Positions 38,098-48,664 of a stretch of 64,000 bases of DNA are shown here, in pieces. This DNA is from Squalus acanthias. Taxonomy: Eukaryota. The DNA is taken from assembly GCA_030390025.1 (NCBI GenBank), contig CM059425.1:84878001-84942000 (forward strand), read 5' to 3'. Under the pieces are notes generated by a model. It was not told where the DNA came from. It searched no databases and worked only from the letters and a program-made list of their open reading frames with translations. Every line of letters starts with the position of its first letter. The stretch's first letter is position 1. Made by a program: the position numbers and the translations under genes.

Positions 38098-39192
38098 GTA
38101 CCGTAGAGTGCATTACCTTCCCCACCCAACTCCAATTAGTTCTTTTGGCCTTATAATCTGTTAAGAGGGTTTCTTAAAGAAGGGTTTCATGTGCTTCACC
38201 AGGAGTTTTATCTTTTAAAGGGAAGAGGTCATCCCTCTTAACTGCCAAGATCAATTTGTAGTTTGAACTTTTGTGCCAAATCGTGCACATCAATGTCACC
38301 TGTCTTCCTTCATGTGCGTGCCCACTTCACCAGGAGAGTTGCCCTTTTACTCGAAGGTTGAGTGTCACCGTTTTTAAGTTCCAAGCCACAACTTTTAGTT
38401 TCTTCTTTTGTACCAAATTGTGCATACATTGATAGCGATGCTCCAGTTGGCCTTAGTAATTATGGTTTATTGACGGGAAAATCAGCGCGGATTCCCGCTG
38501 CTGATTGACATCCAGCAATCTCCACTGCAAGTACAATATTGTCGACATTGGGTGAGGTATGGATCAGGATCACTCTGATGCATCGCTGGTTGAGCAGACT
38601 GATAGTGCACAAAGCTCACGACCAATAGGTAAGCTACCAGAGGTATTGAACACTACTGGAAGTGTGGGGTAACTTGGAGCTAAGTGAACAACAGGACAAC
38701 AGCCAAGTCAAAAATCCCATCTGCCCTACCAATGTTATTTTTCCTTTTTTTTTGTCTCTCCTTTCACCACTCCTGAGTGGGAGGAGTCAGAAGTTCTGAT
38801 TTGTGTTGGAACCTGATCAGTGAATATTTGTTTTATATAAAAATTGTAAACATTTGCAGGCAGCATCCAATGTCTCAGAACTTTGAGCAACTTCTTGGAG
38901 TGTTCCTGTAATTACACCAGTAAATGAAAACTGCCAACAAAAGGGAAAAACACATTTGGCTAATTCTCAACTGCACAAGTCTGGCCAAGCACTAGGCCCG
39001 AGGAGGCACTTAATGAGTCTGAATATCAAATAGCATGACAGATGGGGAAGATATTGAACATAATCCAAATGATGAAATATGATACAATGAGAAGAGAAGT
39101 TCCATAATATATCTGATAAATATTAAGATCATATAAAGATGGAACAAACAGCATACCAGATGGCCAATAATTCATGATACTGTATGAAAATA

Positions 39193-39698
39193 ACATAAGA
39201 AATAGGAGCAGGAGTTGGCCATTAGGCCTTTCGAGCCTGCTTCGACATTCAATAAGATCATGGCTGATCTTTTACCTCAACTCCACTTTCCCACCCTATC
39301 CCCATATCCCTTGATTCCCTTAGTATTCCAAAATCTATCGATCTCTGTCTTGAATATACTCATCGACTGAGTCTCCACAGCCCTCTGGGGTAGAGAATTC
39401 CAAAGATGCACCACCCTCTGAGTGAAAAAATTTCTCCCCATCTCGGTCCTAAATGGCCGACCCCTTATTCTGAGACTGTGACCCCTAGTTCTAGACTCCC
39501 CAGCCAGGGGAAACATCCTCCCTGCATCTACCCTGTCAAGCCCCTTAAGAATTTTATATGTTTCAATGAGATCACCTCTCATTCTTCAAAACTCTAGGGA
39601 ACATAGGCCTAGTCTACTCACTCTCTTCTCAGAGGACAACCGTCCATCCCAGCAATCAGTCTGGTGAACCTTTGTTGCACTCCCTCTAAGGCAAGTAT
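39193..39698 (-). mobile_element. CR1 3' fragment
   Basis: ORF 39277-39582 (MRGDLIETYKIL...RNFFTQRVV) and tail. Confidence 0.93.
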
Positions 39699-39759
39699 AA
39701 AATAGAATAAAATATAATGCTGTGTGAAACTGAGAAGATGCAAACAATTACTCTAATGG

Positions 39760-39922
39760 AGATACTCAGCAGGTCAGGCAGCATCTGTGAAGAGACCTTT
39801 CGTCATCGACCTGAAACGTTAACTCTATTTCTCTCCTCACAGATGCTGCCTGACCTGCTGAGTATCTCCAGCATTTTCTGTTTTTATTTCAGATTTCCAG
39901 CATCTGCAGTATTTTCTTTTTG
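39760..39922. mobile_element. Palindromic Penelope-derived insert (same family as 3417-3610, opposite orientation)
   Basis: Inverted arms GAGATACTCAGCAGGTCAGGCAGCATCTGTGA; 14-bp direct repeat AATTACTCTAATGG (39746-39759, 39923-39936). Confidence 0.85.
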
Positions 39923-40142
39923 AATTACTCTAATGGCCTGTATTGTCTTAACTGGGAGCAATAGTTTACTTCCAACTACCAGGAATTAATAGGAGCCATT
40001 ACATTTTAACTAACTCTCCAGGAGGATTGAATTGGCGCACTTTAACATCGACGAGACAAAACAAGAATGTTCAGCAAAATGAGGGCAGTCCTGAGAATGC
40101 GATGAAGGCTACAAATGAACCAGCTGCACAGTGACATTGAAA

Positions 40143-40582
40143 GGGAGAGATTGGGTCGACTAGGCCTGTATTCACTGGAGTTTAGAAGAATGAGAGGGGA
40201 TCTCATTGAAACGTATAACATTCTGACAGGGCTAGACAGACTGGATGCAGGGAGGATGTTTCCCCTGGCTGGGGGGTCTAGAACGAGGGGTCACAGTCTC
40301 AGGATACGGGGCAGGACATTTAGGACTGAGATGAGGAGAAATTTCTTCACTCAGAGGGTGGTGAATCTGTGGAATTCTCTACCACAGAGGGCTGTGGAGG
40401 CCAAGTCACTGAATATATTTAAGAAGGAGATAGATAGTTTTCTAGACGGAAAAGGCGTCAAGGGGTATGGGGAGAGAGCGGGAACATGGTATTGAGATAG
40501 AGGATCAGCCATGATCATACTGAATGGCAGAGCAGGCTCGAAGGGCCGAATGGCCTACTCCTGCTCCTATTTTTCTATGTTT
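40143..40582 (+). mobile_element. CR1 3' fragment
   Basis: ORF 40115-40495 (LGLYSLEFRRMRGDLIETY...FFTQRVVNLWNSLP). Confidence 0.93.
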
Positions 40583-40589
40583 CTGTGGG

Positions 40590-41593
40590 AGGAGGAGTGG
40601 GCAGAATGGCTGGAGCATATGTAAGGAGGGAAAAGCCCTTTGGAGCGACAAGAACATTTTAATTCCCACACAATGAGTTCCTGATCTTAGCCTGTCCATC
40701 AGAGGGAAGCAGCGTGCCCTGAAAGCCACGATGGCAGTCGTCTAAGCTTCCATGGCAGCATTCTGTGCTGTCAGCAGAGGCTCCATCATGGTGGGTTGCA
40801 CTGTGGTAATGATGGAGCTGACCATGTCAGACAGAATGATCTTCATGCTCTGCACAAAGCCTTGAGAAAAGCTGGAGCTGGACTTCTCCATGCTCTGCGA
40901 CATTGTACGCAAGTTCTCTGGCAGGCTGCCTAGTGCACCAAGCAATTCCCGGTGTATGTCCATCAGCCTTCTTTGGTAAGCTGGGCCCTCAAAGTCAGTA
41001 TCTGAGTCCTCTAGAGCAGAACTAGTATGCGACATCGCCATCCAGTGAACTGGCACCTGTGATGTTCTATCCCCTGCTCTAGCTCGTACCCAGTGAGCAA
41101 CGAGTATTAGAGCAGTCTTCTTACCTTAACAACTTTAGCTATATCATTACATTTCTTGCAGCATTGCAGCCATGTCCTGGGTGCAATGCTCCTGGAATTG
41201 ATATGCTCATCGATTTCTTCCCATTGTCGGCAAAGTAGATGCCTGGAAGGAAGAGGATGTCCCTCTTCCTCTCTACTGACTGCACAAGGGCCTCCAGTGC
41301 AGTGTCTTAGAACCCTGGAGCTGGCTCAAAACCACCTTCAGCCATTTCCTCAGCACTAACTTCCTTGTTCTCTGCAGCCAGAATGTACTTCCACTTTAAG
41401 AGGTGCCAACTGCCTTTAAGTGGCATCATAGACACCCGATATCGAGCACCCCCGATAGCCATGCAGCCAATGAATAGCACGGGTAGTGCTGGATGCACGC
41501 CTGAGTAATTATAATCTGTAGGCAATGCAAATATTACGTGCTGCCTGAGTCAATACACACAACCGTTTCCAGACGCGATCAGATTTTTAGGCC
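40590..41593 (-). mobile_element. Harbinger remnant carrying degenerate Myb/SANT gene pieces
   Basis: Minus strand at about 41150-41240 reads CRQWEEIDEHINSRSIAPRTWLQCCKK. ORF 40742-41056 resembles exon 3 of the 54437-56400 gene. End GATTTTTAGGCC followed by AAT. Confidence 0.7.
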
Positions 41594-41753
41594 AATGAAT
41601 CAGAATGGGAGATAAACAGAAAGAGAGAGAAAGAGACCAACTTTTATTTCTTCTTTTTGCCCATGAACAATACCATGACAGAGGTCTTATTTTCAAGTAT
41701 TTGTTGTTTCCAATCCCCCACAGTGGGTTTGTAGTATTTGCTTACAATACAAT

Positions 41754-42517
41754 GGCCCAGAAATTAAACAGTGAGGGTTCCCGCGGAGGTAAGGAATCCC
41801 CGCGATATCGCACTCCGCGCCTACCTTTTTGCTCCGGGCCCACACGAACTTTAGTCTGAAAGGCTCTCTCTCTTGAACCGTGCAGTGCTTGCGTGACCCA
41901 GAGACGCAATTAGTTCGTGCGAGCTCTGGAATCACGTGATTCAGTTAGAGCCAATGGCAGCACACCATCTTTCATTCATAGTTTTGACAGGAAGACCTGT
42001 CAAAGCTATGAATACTATACCCCCCCAAAAGAACAGCTAAACCTCAATTAAATTTAAAAAAAAAGCCATCACATTAATAAAATAAGTATAGTTAAATAAA
42101 TTAACCACTTTAAACAAAAAATTAAATTTTTGAAAAAATTTAAAATCTTTTTAAAAGTTATAAAAATAAACTTACCTTTCTTTAAAGTCTCTAAAAAAGA
42201 TAAACCTGTTGAAAATTTTTTAAAATAACACTTAATTAACTACTTACCTTGTAAAAAGGGGGTCCTACGCCTGCTTTCTTTATGTGTAAAATGTTCACCA
42301 CTTACCTGCGCGTTCAAAGCTGAAAAAATAACTAAGTGCACTGCGTGCGCACAGCCTGTAGCGCGCACGCGGTTCACTTAGGAACCGCCCCCTTTTGAAT
42401 TCACGAAATGCCGGTTTCCCGCGCATGCGCAGTGCATGCAGGAAACCGGCAATTGGAGACCTAATACGCGAGAGTACACAGTGCGTACTCTCGCGTATTA
42501 GGTCTAATTTTCGGGCC
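41754..42517. mobile_element. Harbinger-type MITE, 764 bp, with internal hairpins
   Basis: TIRs GGCCCAGAAATT / AATTTTCGGGCC, AAT TSD (41751-41753, 42518-42520). Homologous to 48785-49550. Confidence 0.88.
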
Positions 42518-43274
42518 AATGTTTCTTCTCCCCTCCTCCTTTCTCAAACCTTAGTGGCCCACTTTGGGGGTCAAAGTGGCTCCAAGATTACCAACCAGCC
42601 TTGCAAACCAATGTCCTAATGGGGAAAATTGTCCTGGCTGCACAAGCAGCAGGAAGCATTGTGCTGGTAAAGTGAGTGGTTTTAAGCTGGTTAAACTCCA
42701 GCAGTACCCCTGTGCTCACCTGGGGGTTGTCCCTAAGCCTCGGCTCTGCCTACTTGCACCTAAGCTCTCTGGACTTGGGTGAGCGAGGTATGTCCCTATG
42801 GGGCAAGCATGTGAACTCCATATTCGGCAAACAGAAACTCTATATGTGTAGATTTCTCATTAAGGGTATTTTAGAAACTTTTGAACATGGCGATGAGCTG
42901 CATGCGTATCAGATATCCAGCTGACTCCACCTCCGCCCCTCACCACACACAAATATACAAGTGTTCCTCTGATGGCTAAGCTGTGCAGACCAAGACAGTG
43001 CCAGGTATGATCCTTACACTGGACTGAGTTAGTTGATCGCAGCCAAGAAGGCTGTAGGGGCTACAGTTAGAGTCCCTTTTTTACGGAGAAGAATATCATC
43101 CATGGTTCCCACTCCCAGCTGATAGCCAGCAATCTCTGCTGGAAGTGCACATTTGTAGTCATCAAGTAAAGATAGGATCAGGCTTGACCCCTGCCTGCCA
43201 ACTCTCACTGTCTGTGCTCACATAAATGAGAAGTCGCACAACACCAGGTTATAGTCCAACAGATTTATTTAATT

Positions 43275-43312
43275 TTACAAGCTTTCGGAGCTGTCGCTCC
43301 TTCCTCAGGTAA
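43275..43312 (-). ncRNA. Minimal type I hammerhead ribozyme core (left arm)
   Basis: Reverse complement of 46123-46160. Confidence 0.75.
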
Positions 43313-43545
43313 GTTAGCAGTGAGAGAATCTCCCAGAATTCACAATTTAAACACAGACAAAATCTATTCAAATATTTCCCTACATCAAAGACACACTAAG
43401 AGCACAGCCAAGACAATGAGATGTGTCCCAGGGGGTCCAACGTGTCAAACCACCTGCTGGCTGCATATCCTGTCAATTTGTGTTGGTTTCTTGTGTTAGT
43501 CTTTTTTTAAAAAAAACACCTGGGAAGACCGGCCATGATGTCAAG

Positions 43546-45162
43546 TCACGTTCTGTATCGTGACATGAACCCGATATCGCGATTGAGGCCATCCTCATGA
43601 GTGCGGAACTTGGCTATCAGTTTCTGCTCTATGATTTTGCGCTGTCGTGTATCCCGAAGGCCGCCTTGGAGGACGCTTACCCGCAGATCCGAGGCTGAAT
43701 GCCCCTGGCTGCTGAAGTGTTCCCCGACTGGGAGGCAACCCTCCTGCCTGGCGATTGTTGCGCGGTGTCCGTTCATACGTTGTCTCAGTGTCTGCATGGT
43801 CTCGCCGATGTACCATGCTCTGGAGCATCCTTTACTGCAACGTATCAGGTAGACAACGTTGGCCGAGTCACATGAGTATGTACCGTGTACCTGGTGGGTA
43901 GTGTCCTCACGTGTGATGATGGTATCTGTGTCCATGATTTGGCATGTCTTGCAGAGGTTGCCGTGGCAGGGTTGTGTGGTGTCTTGGTTGCTGTTCTCCT
44001 GAAAGATGGGTAATCTGCTGCGAACGATGGTACTTTTGAGGTTAGACGGCTGCTTGAAGGCGAATAGTGGAGGCGTGGGGATGGCCTTAGCAAGGTGTTC
44101 GTCGTCATCGATGACATGTTGAAGGCTGCGAAGAACATGGCGTCGTTTTTCCGCTCCGGGGAAGTACTGGACGACGTAGGGTACTCTGTTGGTTGTGTCC
44201 CGTGTTCGTCTTCTGAGGAGGTCTATGCGGTTTTTCGCTGTGGCCCGTCGGAACTGTCGATCGACGAGTCGAGCGTCATATCCCGTTCTTACGAGGGCGT
44301 CTTTCAGTGTCCGTAGGTGTCCATCGCGTTCCTCCTCGTCTGAGCAGATCCTGTGTATTCGCAGGGCTTGTCCATAGGGGATGGCTTCTTTAACGTGGTT
44401 AGGGTGGAAGCTGGAGAAGTGGAGCATCGTGAGGTTGTCCGTGGGCTTGCGGTAGAGTGAAGTGCTGAGGCGTCCGTCTTTGATGGAGATTCGTGTGTCC
44501 AAGAATGAAACCGATTCTGAGGAGTAGTCCATGGTGAGTTTGATGGTGGGATGGAACCTGTTGATGCTATCGTGTAGTCCTTTCAGTGATCCTTCGCCGT
44601 GGGTCCAAAGGAAGAAGATGTCGTCGATGTATCTGGTGTACAGCGTTGGTTGGAGGTCCTGTGCAGCGAAGAAGTCTTGCTCGAACTTGTGCATGAAGAT
44701 GTTGGCGTATTGGGGTGCGAATTTGGTCCCCATGGCTGTTCCGTGTGTTTGGGTAAAAAAATGGTTGTCGAAGGTGAAGACATTGTGGTCAAGGATGAAG
44801 CGGATGAGTTGTAGGATGGCGTCCGGAGATTGGCTGTTGTTGGTGTTGAGTACTGAGGCTGTCGCAGCGATGCCGTCATTGTGGGGGATATTGGTGTAGA
44901 GTGCCGATACGTCCATCGTGACGAGGAGTGTTCCTGGTTCAACTGGTCCATGGGTGCTGAGTTTCTGCAAGAAGTCTGTAGTGTCGCGACAGAAGCTGGG
45001 GGTTCCCTGTACGATGGGTTTCAGGATGCCCTCGACGTACCCAGAGAGGTTCTCACACAGGGTTCCGTTGCCTGATACGATAGGACGTCCGGGTGTGTTG
45101 GCTTTGTGTATCTTTGGGAGGCAATAAAAGTCTCCTACGCGGGGAGTACGTGGGATGAGAGC
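43546..45162 (-). CDS. Penelope reverse transcriptase plus GIY-YIG endonuclease (N-terminally truncated, frame open)
   Basis: Motifs LPKIHK, GRPIVS, MDVSALYTNIP, QTHGTAMG, RYIDD, CKTC, VVYLIRC...WYIGET...RMNGH and GLN. The first ~28 aa of the listed 566-aa ORF are antisense read-through of the other arm. Confidence 0.93.
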   Translation of the reverse strand, partial: ALIPRTPRVGDFYCLPKIHKANTPGRPIVSGNGTLCENLSGYVEGILKPIVQGTPSFCRDTTDFLQKLSTHGPVEPGTLLVTMDVSALYTNIPHNDGIAATASVLNTNNSQSPDAILQLIRFILDHNVFTFDNHFFTQTHGTAMGTKFAPQYANIFMHKFEQDFFAAQDLQPTLYTRYIDDIFFLWTHGEGSLKGLHDSINRFHPTIKLTMDYSSESVSFLDTRISIKDGRLSTSLYRKPTDNLTMLHFSSFHPNHVKEAIPYGQALRIHRICSDEEERDGHLRTLKDALVRTGYDARLVDRQFRRATAKNRIDLLRRRTRDTTNRVPYVVQYFPGAEKRRHVLRSLQHVIDDDEHLAKAIPTPPLFAFKQPSNLKSTIVRSRLPIFQENSNQDTTQPCHGNLCKTCQIMDTDTIITREDTTHQVHGTYSCDSANVVYLIRCSKGCSRAWYIGETMQTLRQRMNGHRATIARQEGCLPVGEHFSSQGHSASDLRVSVLQGGLRDTRQRKIIEQKLIAKFRTHEDGLNRDIGFMSRYRT

Positions 45163-45889
45163 TCGACTCGTCGATCGACAGTTCCGACGGGCCACAGCGA
45201 AAAACCGCATAGACCTCCTCAGAAGACGAACACGGGACACAACCAACAGAGTACCCTACGTCGTCCAGTACTTCCCCGGAGCGGAAAAACTACGCCATGT
45301 TCTTCGCAGCCTTCAACATGTCATCGATGACGACGAACACCTTGCTAAGGCCATCCCCACGCCTCCACTACTCGCCTTCAAGCAGCCGCCTAACCTCAAA
45401 AGTACCATCGTTCGCAGCAGATTACCCATCTTTCAGGAGAACAGCAACCAAGACACCACACAACCCTGCCACGGCAACCTCTGCAAGACATGCCAAATCA
45501 TGGACACAGATACCATCATCACACGTGAGGACACTACCCACCAGGTACACGGTACATACTCATGTGACTCGGCCAACGTTGTCTACCTGATACGTTGCAG
45601 TAAAGGATGCTCCAGAGCATGGTACATCGGCGAGACCATGCAGACACTGAGACAACGTATGAACGGACACCGCGCAACAATCGCCAGGCAGGAGGGTTGC
45701 CTCCCAGTCGGGGAACACTTCAGCAGCCAGGGGCATTCAGCCTCGGATCTGCGGGTAAGCGTCCTCCAAGGCGGCCTTCGGGATACACGACAGCGCAAAA
45801 TCATAGAGCAGAAACTGATAGCCAAGTTCCGCACTCATGAGGATGGCCTCAATCGCGATATCGGGTTCATGTCACGATACAGAACGTGA
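45155..45889 (+). CDS. Duplicated Penelope C-terminal region with GIY-YIG endonuclease
   Basis: 244-aa ORF identical to the C-terminal part of the minus ORF except for three residues (EKL/EKR, PLL/PLF, QPP/QPS) and its junction-derived start. Confidence 0.9.
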   Translation: MRARLVDRQFRRATAKNRIDLLRRRTRDTTNRVPYVVQYFPGAEKLRHVLRSLQHVIDDDEHLAKAIPTPPLLAFKQPPNLKSTIVRSRLPIFQENSNQDTTQPCHGNLCKTCQIMDTDTIITREDTTHQVHGTYSCDSANVVYLIRCSKGCSRAWYIGETMQTLRQRMNGHRATIARQEGCLPVGEHFSSQGHSASDLRVSVLQGGLRDTRQRKIIEQKLIAKFRTHEDGLNRDIGFMSRYRT

Positions 45890-46122
45890 CTTGACATCAT
45901 GGCCGGTCTTCCCAGGTGTTTTTTTTTAAAAAAGACTAACACAAGAAACCAACACAAATTGACAGGATATGCAGCCAGCAGGTGGTTTGACACGTTGGAC
46001 CCCCTGGGACACATCTCATTGTCTTGGCTGTGCTCTTAGTGTGTCTTTGATGTAGGGAAATATTTGAATAGATTTTGTCTGTGTTTAAATTGTGAATTCT
46101 GGGAGATTCTCTCACTGCTAAC

Positions 46123-46160
46123 TTACCTGAGGAAGGAGCGACAGCTCCGAAAGCTTGTAA
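46123..46160 (+). ncRNA. Minimal type I hammerhead ribozyme core (right arm)
   Basis: TTAC-CTGAGGA-A-GGAGC-GACA-GCTCC-GAAA-GC-TT-GTAA: CUGANGA and GAAA boxes, 5-bp stem II, 4-bp stem I, palindromic AAGCTT in place of stem III. Confidence 0.75.
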
Positions 46161-46920
46161 AATTAAATAAATCTGTTGGACTATAACCTGGTGTTGTGCG
46201 ACTTCTCATTTTTGTCCACCCCAGTCCAACGCCGGCATCTCCACATCATGTGCTCACATATGAAGAGAAGACACATGAGCGAGAGATTGAAGAGTGATCA
46301 ATGCCTATGGAACCGTAACTGCGCAAAAAGAATCAAGGTGTTCAGGAGAGGAGGAAGAGAGGGGAGAGAATTAGTGGGGAAAATAAATTATGCTCGCTCT
46401 GTCCTACCTTAAGGAAGAACACCACCTTATTAAATGATCATGGCTCTCGGATTCTGTGGCCGCTGTGTGTGTGGCTGCCTCTGCCTGGTTACTCAGTATA
46501 TTTCATTAAAACCTCTTTCTTTAGCAATTTAGCTCTCAACACTTGCAAATATTAATAATGAAATCCATTAATAACAAACACAAATGTTCCCAATGGCAGC
46601 CTATTGCAACAAAGTGCTCCTGTAGTTTGTCCCTGTAGCGCATTTACTTTTAATTGTGCTGGGAGATATTTGAAGGGATCCGACCTCTTGAAACGAGAGG
46701 TGTTTTGATTTATGGTTTGCACTTTCCCTCTGTAAGGCAAAAGTATGGGAATTGGTTTGGAGGGTGGGGGAGGAAGAGTACAGTCATTAACGTAAACTTA
46801 TCCACTTTATTTAGGTATTTTTTGTCAATACTTCTATCAGTTTGGGCTAGATACCCCTGCTGTCATAAGGGAGGCCATTCAACCACCAATCCCCTCTTAT
46901 TGTCAGTCGCTAGGAGGCAG

Positions 46921-47490
46921 TAGAACATAGAACATAAGAAATAAGAGCATTTGTAGGCTATACGGCCTCTCAAGCCTGCTCCGCCATTCAATAAGATCAT
47001 GACTGATCTTCTACCTCAACTCCACTTTCCCACTCTATCCCCATATTCCTTGATTCTCTTAGTGTCCAAAAATCTTTCAATCTCAGTCGAATATACTCAA
47101 CGACTGAGCATCCACAGCCCTCTGGGGTAGAGAATTCCAAAGATTCACCACCCTCTGAGTGAAGAAACTTTTCTTCATCTCAGTCCTAAATGGCCTTATC
47201 CTGAGACTATGCCCCCTAGTTCTAGACTCACCAGCCAGGGGAAACACCCTCTCAGCATCTACCCTGTCAAGCCCTCTAAGAATTTAATACATTTCAATGA
47301 GATCACCTCTCATTCTTCTAAACTCCAGAGAGTATAGGCCTAGTCTACTCAATCTCTCCTCATAGGACAACCCTCTCATGCCAAGAATCAATCTAGCGAA
47401 CCTCCGTTGCGCCCCCCTCTAAGACAAGAATATCATTCCTTAGGTAAGGAGGCCAAAACTGTACACAGTCCTCCAGGTGTGGTCTCACCT
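46921..47490 (-). mobile_element. CR1 3' fragment
   Basis: Collinear with 27309-27880; minus GGTGAGACCACACCTGGAGGACTGTGTACAGTTTTGG (RPHLE.CVQFW); repeat tail. Confidence 0.92.
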
Positions 47491-48664
47491 TTTGCCCAAT
47501 GTTTCCATCCCCCTCCCCAAAGCAGGGGCCCACTCGATACCTTCACACTCAGCACAGTTCAGACTGGAAGCTGAGCGGAGTTAGGATCGGACATTCGATC
47601 ATCTTTCACCTGGTAGATTTAATTCTCAGTGCCTAAACTAGCCTCTCATTCTTTTTTTTCCCCCCAAGTATAAATTCATGAACCATAAGTTTTCACTTTT
47701 AAGAAATGCAGGTCATATTTTTAGTGCCAATAGAGAAAGCATACTGATGGTCTGTGCAAATCTAACCCAATGTACACACCCAAATTGGGCTGATCATAAA
47801 ATGGATATTCCCTGATAATGTAAGATATGAAAGCCACATCATGGTGAATGTGTGGCTATTTCAGCTCTTTGTTATTCGTGCTAATTTTGCCTAGTTTATA
47901 TATGTAGATAATGCTGTTTGTGGTTCCTTTTATTCATAACTGAAGTAAATGCCTGTTTTGTGCTCTGACTCCCACATTATCATTAAGTGATTTCAAGGCT
48001 GTGGGTTGTTCTTTTACATTTAATAAAAGTACAATACAGCATTGCATCTAAAAGTGATTAGTCTTATTAATTATGGCTGCAAGAAGGTTTTATTCTGTCT
48101 CGGTCGGTGCACGTCAATAGAGAACACTGAATTGAAACACACCATTTACGAAAATTTAAAGAATATTAAAGTGTTGGTGAACTTATGTTAAAACACTGAG
48201 TTTTAATCTGGTAGCCTCTGAATTTGATGAATCAGTTAACCACGTCTTAGTAGCATGTTAAAATAGATAAAATTTGGGAAGATATTTGTTCACGAACTGA
48301 GCTGTTGGAAATGCAGTGATTTTCCAAGTGTTATGCACGGGAGCTGGAAGTTCAAATTAGCCAACTAGACAAATATTGTGACACAACAATGGTTTTCTGG
48401 GGAAAAAGCAATTATAAGTGGGGGGCAATCTTTTCCGCAGAGATTCTCTAAACTGCTACGTTTTGGAGCTATTTGAGTTTGGATTCTGGATTGGCAGATG
48501 CTTGTTTTGCAACTATTTCTATGGCATTCGAGGGGTTTGTGTTGGTTTATAGCAAGTGCGGTTTGTCAGCTTCTTTTCACGGGGGAGACCAAAAGGTCTT
48601 TGATGGGTCAGATTCTGAGAGCTCAGTGCCCGGATTGGTCAGCGTTTGCTGTCGATCTACGAAC

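Larger units (their letters stand above)
43225..46248 (-). mobile_element. Young Penelope-like retroelement, 5'-truncated, with inverted duplication of its 3' 1.05 kb
   Basis: RT plus GIY-YIG ORF; arms 43224-44274 and 45161-46211 are near-perfect reverse complements; 12-bp TSD TGTGCTCACATA (43213-43224, 46249-46260). Confidence 0.97.
42960..46360 (+). mobile_element. AmnSINE2-like SINE split by the Penelope insertion
   Basis: CTGAGTTAGTTGATCGCAGCC...CTGCTGGAAGTGC...CTCACTGTCTGTGCTCACATA, continuing after the TSD as TGAAGAG...ATGGAACCGTA. Confidence 0.6.

Noticed and set aside
38330-38415. Minus-strand KKKLKVVAWNL resembling an APE endonuclease start
   Set aside because: Isolated motif with no downstream endonuclease motifs.
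39068-39115. ATGATGA...CTGA snoRNA-like boxes
   Set aside because: Short, no terminal stem, AT-rich chance match.
45163-45246. N-terminal extension of the 566-aa Penelope ORF
   Set aside because: Antisense read-through of the inverted arm, not a real N-terminus.
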